Assembly: GCA_963775425.1 (NCBI GenBank)
Contig: CAVZJB010000011.1
Location: forward strand, 384,001 to 448,000
Source of the DNA: an uncultured delta proteobacterium
GTDB lineage: Bacteria; Myxococcota; UBA727; VGSZ01
Reading direction: 5' to 3'
DNA: 64,000 bases
Shown: in pieces, positions 61,615 through 64,000 of the stretch
How the letters are laid out: each line of letters starts with the position of its first letter
Position numbering within the stretch: position 1 is the stretch's first letter
Translations under genes and position numbers: made by a program
Notes under the pieces: generated by a model
What the model was told of the DNA's origin: nothing
Databases searched by the model: none
What the model saw: only the letters and a program-made list of their open reading frames with translations

Positions 61615-63999
61615 CGGGATGCGGTTGCCGTGGCACAGACGGCACGTCGAGGGGTTCGACATGCGGCTCTCCCGGTGCGGGAAGGTCCACTTGGACGTGT
61701 ACGTGGAGCCGGTGGTGACCACCGAGAGGCCCGTGGGCGGGTTGTGGCACTGGTAGCAGTCGACGCCGGCGAAGTGGTTGCCGCAGGCGAAGCCGCCGGG
61801 GCAGTTGTTGCTGTTGACGGTGATGGTGTCGCCGCCCTTGCGGGTCACCAGGCTCGTGATCGTGAAGGGACGGGTGTCGCCTGCGCCGCCGGACGTCGTC
61901 GTCGAGCCGTTCCACACGGTGCCCACGAGGTTGCTGCCGGCTTCGTGGCAGGCCGCGCAGTGGTTGTTCTCGACCGAGCTCGCGTGGTCGTAGCCCTTGG
62001 CCTGCTTGCCCCCCGCCGACGACGCGTGACACGCGGTGCAGGCGTTTGCGCCCGGGTCCGGGTGGGGGAGGTTCGCGACGGCCGCCTCCGTCGTCCCCGC
62101 GCTCGTCGCCGGCGGCGCCGGGACCGTGAAGCCGCCCACGGCGATGAACGCCGGGTAGCCGCCCTCGGCGCCGAGCCAGTTGGGGTTGTTGGCGCTGCCG
62201 GTGCCGGGCCACGAGTGGCAGGCGGAGCAGTCGGTGGAGCCGGACTGGTTGGTGAAGCCGCTGTGGTCGAACGAGAACGACGATCCCGGCTTCACGTTCA
62301 GGTGGCAGTCGCTGCAGCGGGCGGTGGTGCCGTTGGTCAACAGCGGGCTCTGCGCGGTGAAGCTCGTGTGGAACTTCGCCTGCGCCCACTCCTTGCCCTG
62401 GACGCCGCTCACCGTCGAGGGCCCGGACTGCGTGTGGCAGAAGTTGCAGTCGTGCGCGCTGACGTTCAGGTCGGTGTGGATGATCTGGTCCTTGGTGCCG
62501 GCGGCGATGCCCGTGGTGGAGTCGCTCGCCGCCGACGTCGTCGTCGTGGAATTCGTCAGGCCCGTGGGCAGGTTGTTGCGCGTGCCCGCGGTGGCGCCGT
62601 TGCCGTTCTGGGTGCCGTGGCAGACGTTGCACGAGGTGACGTTGGCGGTGACCGCGTGAAACGGCGTGGCCCGGTTGAAGTCGCTCCTGGTGACGTCGGC
62701 GGCGTGACACTGCGCGCAGTCCTTGCCCACCACGAAGCTCGCCCCGTGGTTCATCCATTGCGCGCCGTTGGTGGACGTGCCCCCGAGCGGCAGGGTGTAC
62801 GCCACCGTGCTCTGCGTGGCCGCCGCCGGCGACGAGCCGCTGTGGCAGTCGATGCACGCCGTGGGCTGCGGCGACGCCGACGCGTGGAAGGTCCCTCCCG
62901 ACCAGCGTGACGACGTCAAAGGCGTCTGCGTGGCGCGCCCGAGCGCCGCCGTGTGGCAGGTGCGGCAGTTCTGGAAGGGCATCTGGCCGCTTCTGTGCTT
63001 CATGGCGAACAGCGCGCCGCTCGCCTTGTCCGCGGCGGCGGCGTCGGCCATCAGCGAGTAGTGGCAGGTGGTGCAGTCGGCGGGGACCGCGGCGCCGATG
63101 TTCGCGTGGAATTCGCCGTCCGTCCACGCGCCGCCGGGATCGGTGTGGCACACCGCGCACTCGATCTGCGAGACGTTGTTGACGCTCCTGCCGCCGATGT
63201 TCACCGACGTCGTGAACGTCGCGCTGTGGTCCATGGGCTGGAGCTCACCGGCCGTGCCCTGCACGATGTTCGCCGGGCGCATCTGCGCGTGGCAGTCGAG
63301 GCACGCCGTGGGCTGCGCCAGCGGCGTCACGCCGCTCGTGGGCGTGCTCTGGAAGTTGTCGAACGACGCGTGCAGCAGGCCGTCCGCGAACGACGTCACG
63401 GTGCCGCCGGTGTTCTGGTGGCAGTGGAAGCACTTGGTGGAGTCCGGGTTGGCGGCGGGGCCGGCGTTCAAAGACGAGGGCAGCGCCGCCGACGTGTGCA
63501 GCATGGCGTTCGGCAGCGTCGCCTGCGACGACGACGTCGACGTCACGAAGTTCTTGGCCCCCGAGCGCACCAGGGTGATCTCGTTGAGCGCCACGAACTG
63601 TCCGGGTGACGACACCAGCGTGTCGCCCGGGTACGAGATGCCGCCCTGCCAGTCGCCGCCCGGCAGCGAGCCGGTCGAGGGGCTCAGGAGGTGCCGGTAC
63701 GCGCCCGAGGCCACCGTGGCCGCGTGGCAGCCGATGCAGTCGCCGGTGCCGTCGGTGGCGTGGTCGAAGCCGAGGAGCGCGGCGCTGTTGGCGACGACGC
63801 GGTCGGCGCGCTGCGCGGTGTGGCAGACGATGCACGTCGAGCTCGCCACCGTGCCTGCCGCGTGGGAGAAGTCGCCGCCCGCGAACGTCTGGTTCACGCC
63901 CCACGCCGCGCCGGCGCCGGGCCCGTTGTGGCACAGGACGCAGTCCTGTCCGTCGCCGTGGCCGAGCCCCAGGCTGTTCGTCGTGAAGTCGAACGGCGC
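61609..63999 (-). CDS. Large multiheme cytochrome c (at least 18 CxxCH); 5'-truncated by the window edge
   Basis: 17 CxxCH in the listed ORF plus CVLCH upstream; frame is open to the window end. Confidence 0.92.
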   Translation of the reverse strand, partial: APFDFTTNSLGLGHGDGQDCVLCHNGPGAGAAWGVNQTFAGGDFSHAAGTVASSTCIVCHTAQRADRVVANSAALLGFDHATDGTGDCIGCHAATVASGAYRHLLSPSTGSLPGGDWQGGISYPGDTLVSSPGQFVALNEITLVRSGAKNFVTSTSSSQATLPNAMLHTSAALPSSLNAGPAANPDSTKCFHCHQNTGGTVTSFADGLLHASFDNFQSTPTSGVTPLAQPTACLDCHAQMRPANIVQGTAGELQPMDHSATFTTSVNIGGRSVNNVSQIECAVCHTDPGGAWTDGEFHANIGAAVPADCTTCHYSLMADAAAADKASGALFAMKHRSGQMPFQNCRTCHTAALGRATQTPLTSSRWSGGTFHASASPQPTACIDCHSGSSPAAATQSTVAYTLPLGGTSTNGAQWMNHGASFVVGKDCAQCHAADVTRSDFNRATPFHAVTANVTSCNVCHGTQNGNGATAGTRNNLPTGLTNSTTTTSAASDSTTGIAAGTKDQIIHTDLNVSAHDCNFCHTQSGPSTVSGVQGKEWAQAKFHTSFTAQSPLLTNGTTARCSDCHLNVKPGSSFSFDHSGFTNQSGSTDCSACHSWPGTGSANNPNWLGAEGGYPAFIAVGGFTVPAPPATSAGTTEAAVANLPHPDPGANACTACHASSAGGKQAKGYDHASSVENNHCAACHEAGSNLVGTVWNGSTTTSGGAGDTRPFTITSLVTRKGGDTITVNSNNCPGGFACGNHFAGVDCYQCHNPPTGLSVVTTGSTYTSKWTFPHRESRMSNPSTCRLCHGNRIPN

Positions 64000-64000
64000 G

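Overview
Very GC-rich (roughly 70-75% by eye) chromosomal segment. Gene content points to Myxococcota or related deltaproteobacteria: Ser/Thr kinases, PilZ proteins, FHA-GGDEF, Cys-rich lipoproteins and multiheme cytochromes. About 57 credible CDS; most long ORFs in the supplied track are GC-driven shadow frames. Housekeeping genes: moeA, rpsP-khpA-rimM-trmD plus a SPOUT methyltransferase, rpoZ-rsmA-mutM, etfBA, ftsK, map and a FadF-like Fe-S oxidoreductase. No rRNA, tRNA or CRISPR array was seen. Main observations: (1) an intact stand-alone nuoJKLMN-like operon in which nearly all conserved proton-pumping charged residues are replaced, with two mini-ORFs that bridge genes through ATGA/GTGA overlaps; (2) two copies, 35 kb apart, of a ~340-bp highly self-complementary non-coding element with an IS5/IS1182-like end, one carrying a possible transposase C-terminal fragment and the other sitting where rplS would be expected; (3) five lipoproteins with a lipobox, Cys module, (Gly-Glu)n linker and variable payload, two preceded by partner genes with a shared C-terminal hydrophobic hairpin; (4) a frameshifted kinase, a possibly heme-less cytochrome-c/FMN-bind-like fusion, an orphan NuiA-like protein and a cytochrome with at least 18 heme motifs. 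All family calls come from motif recognition by eye, not from database searches.
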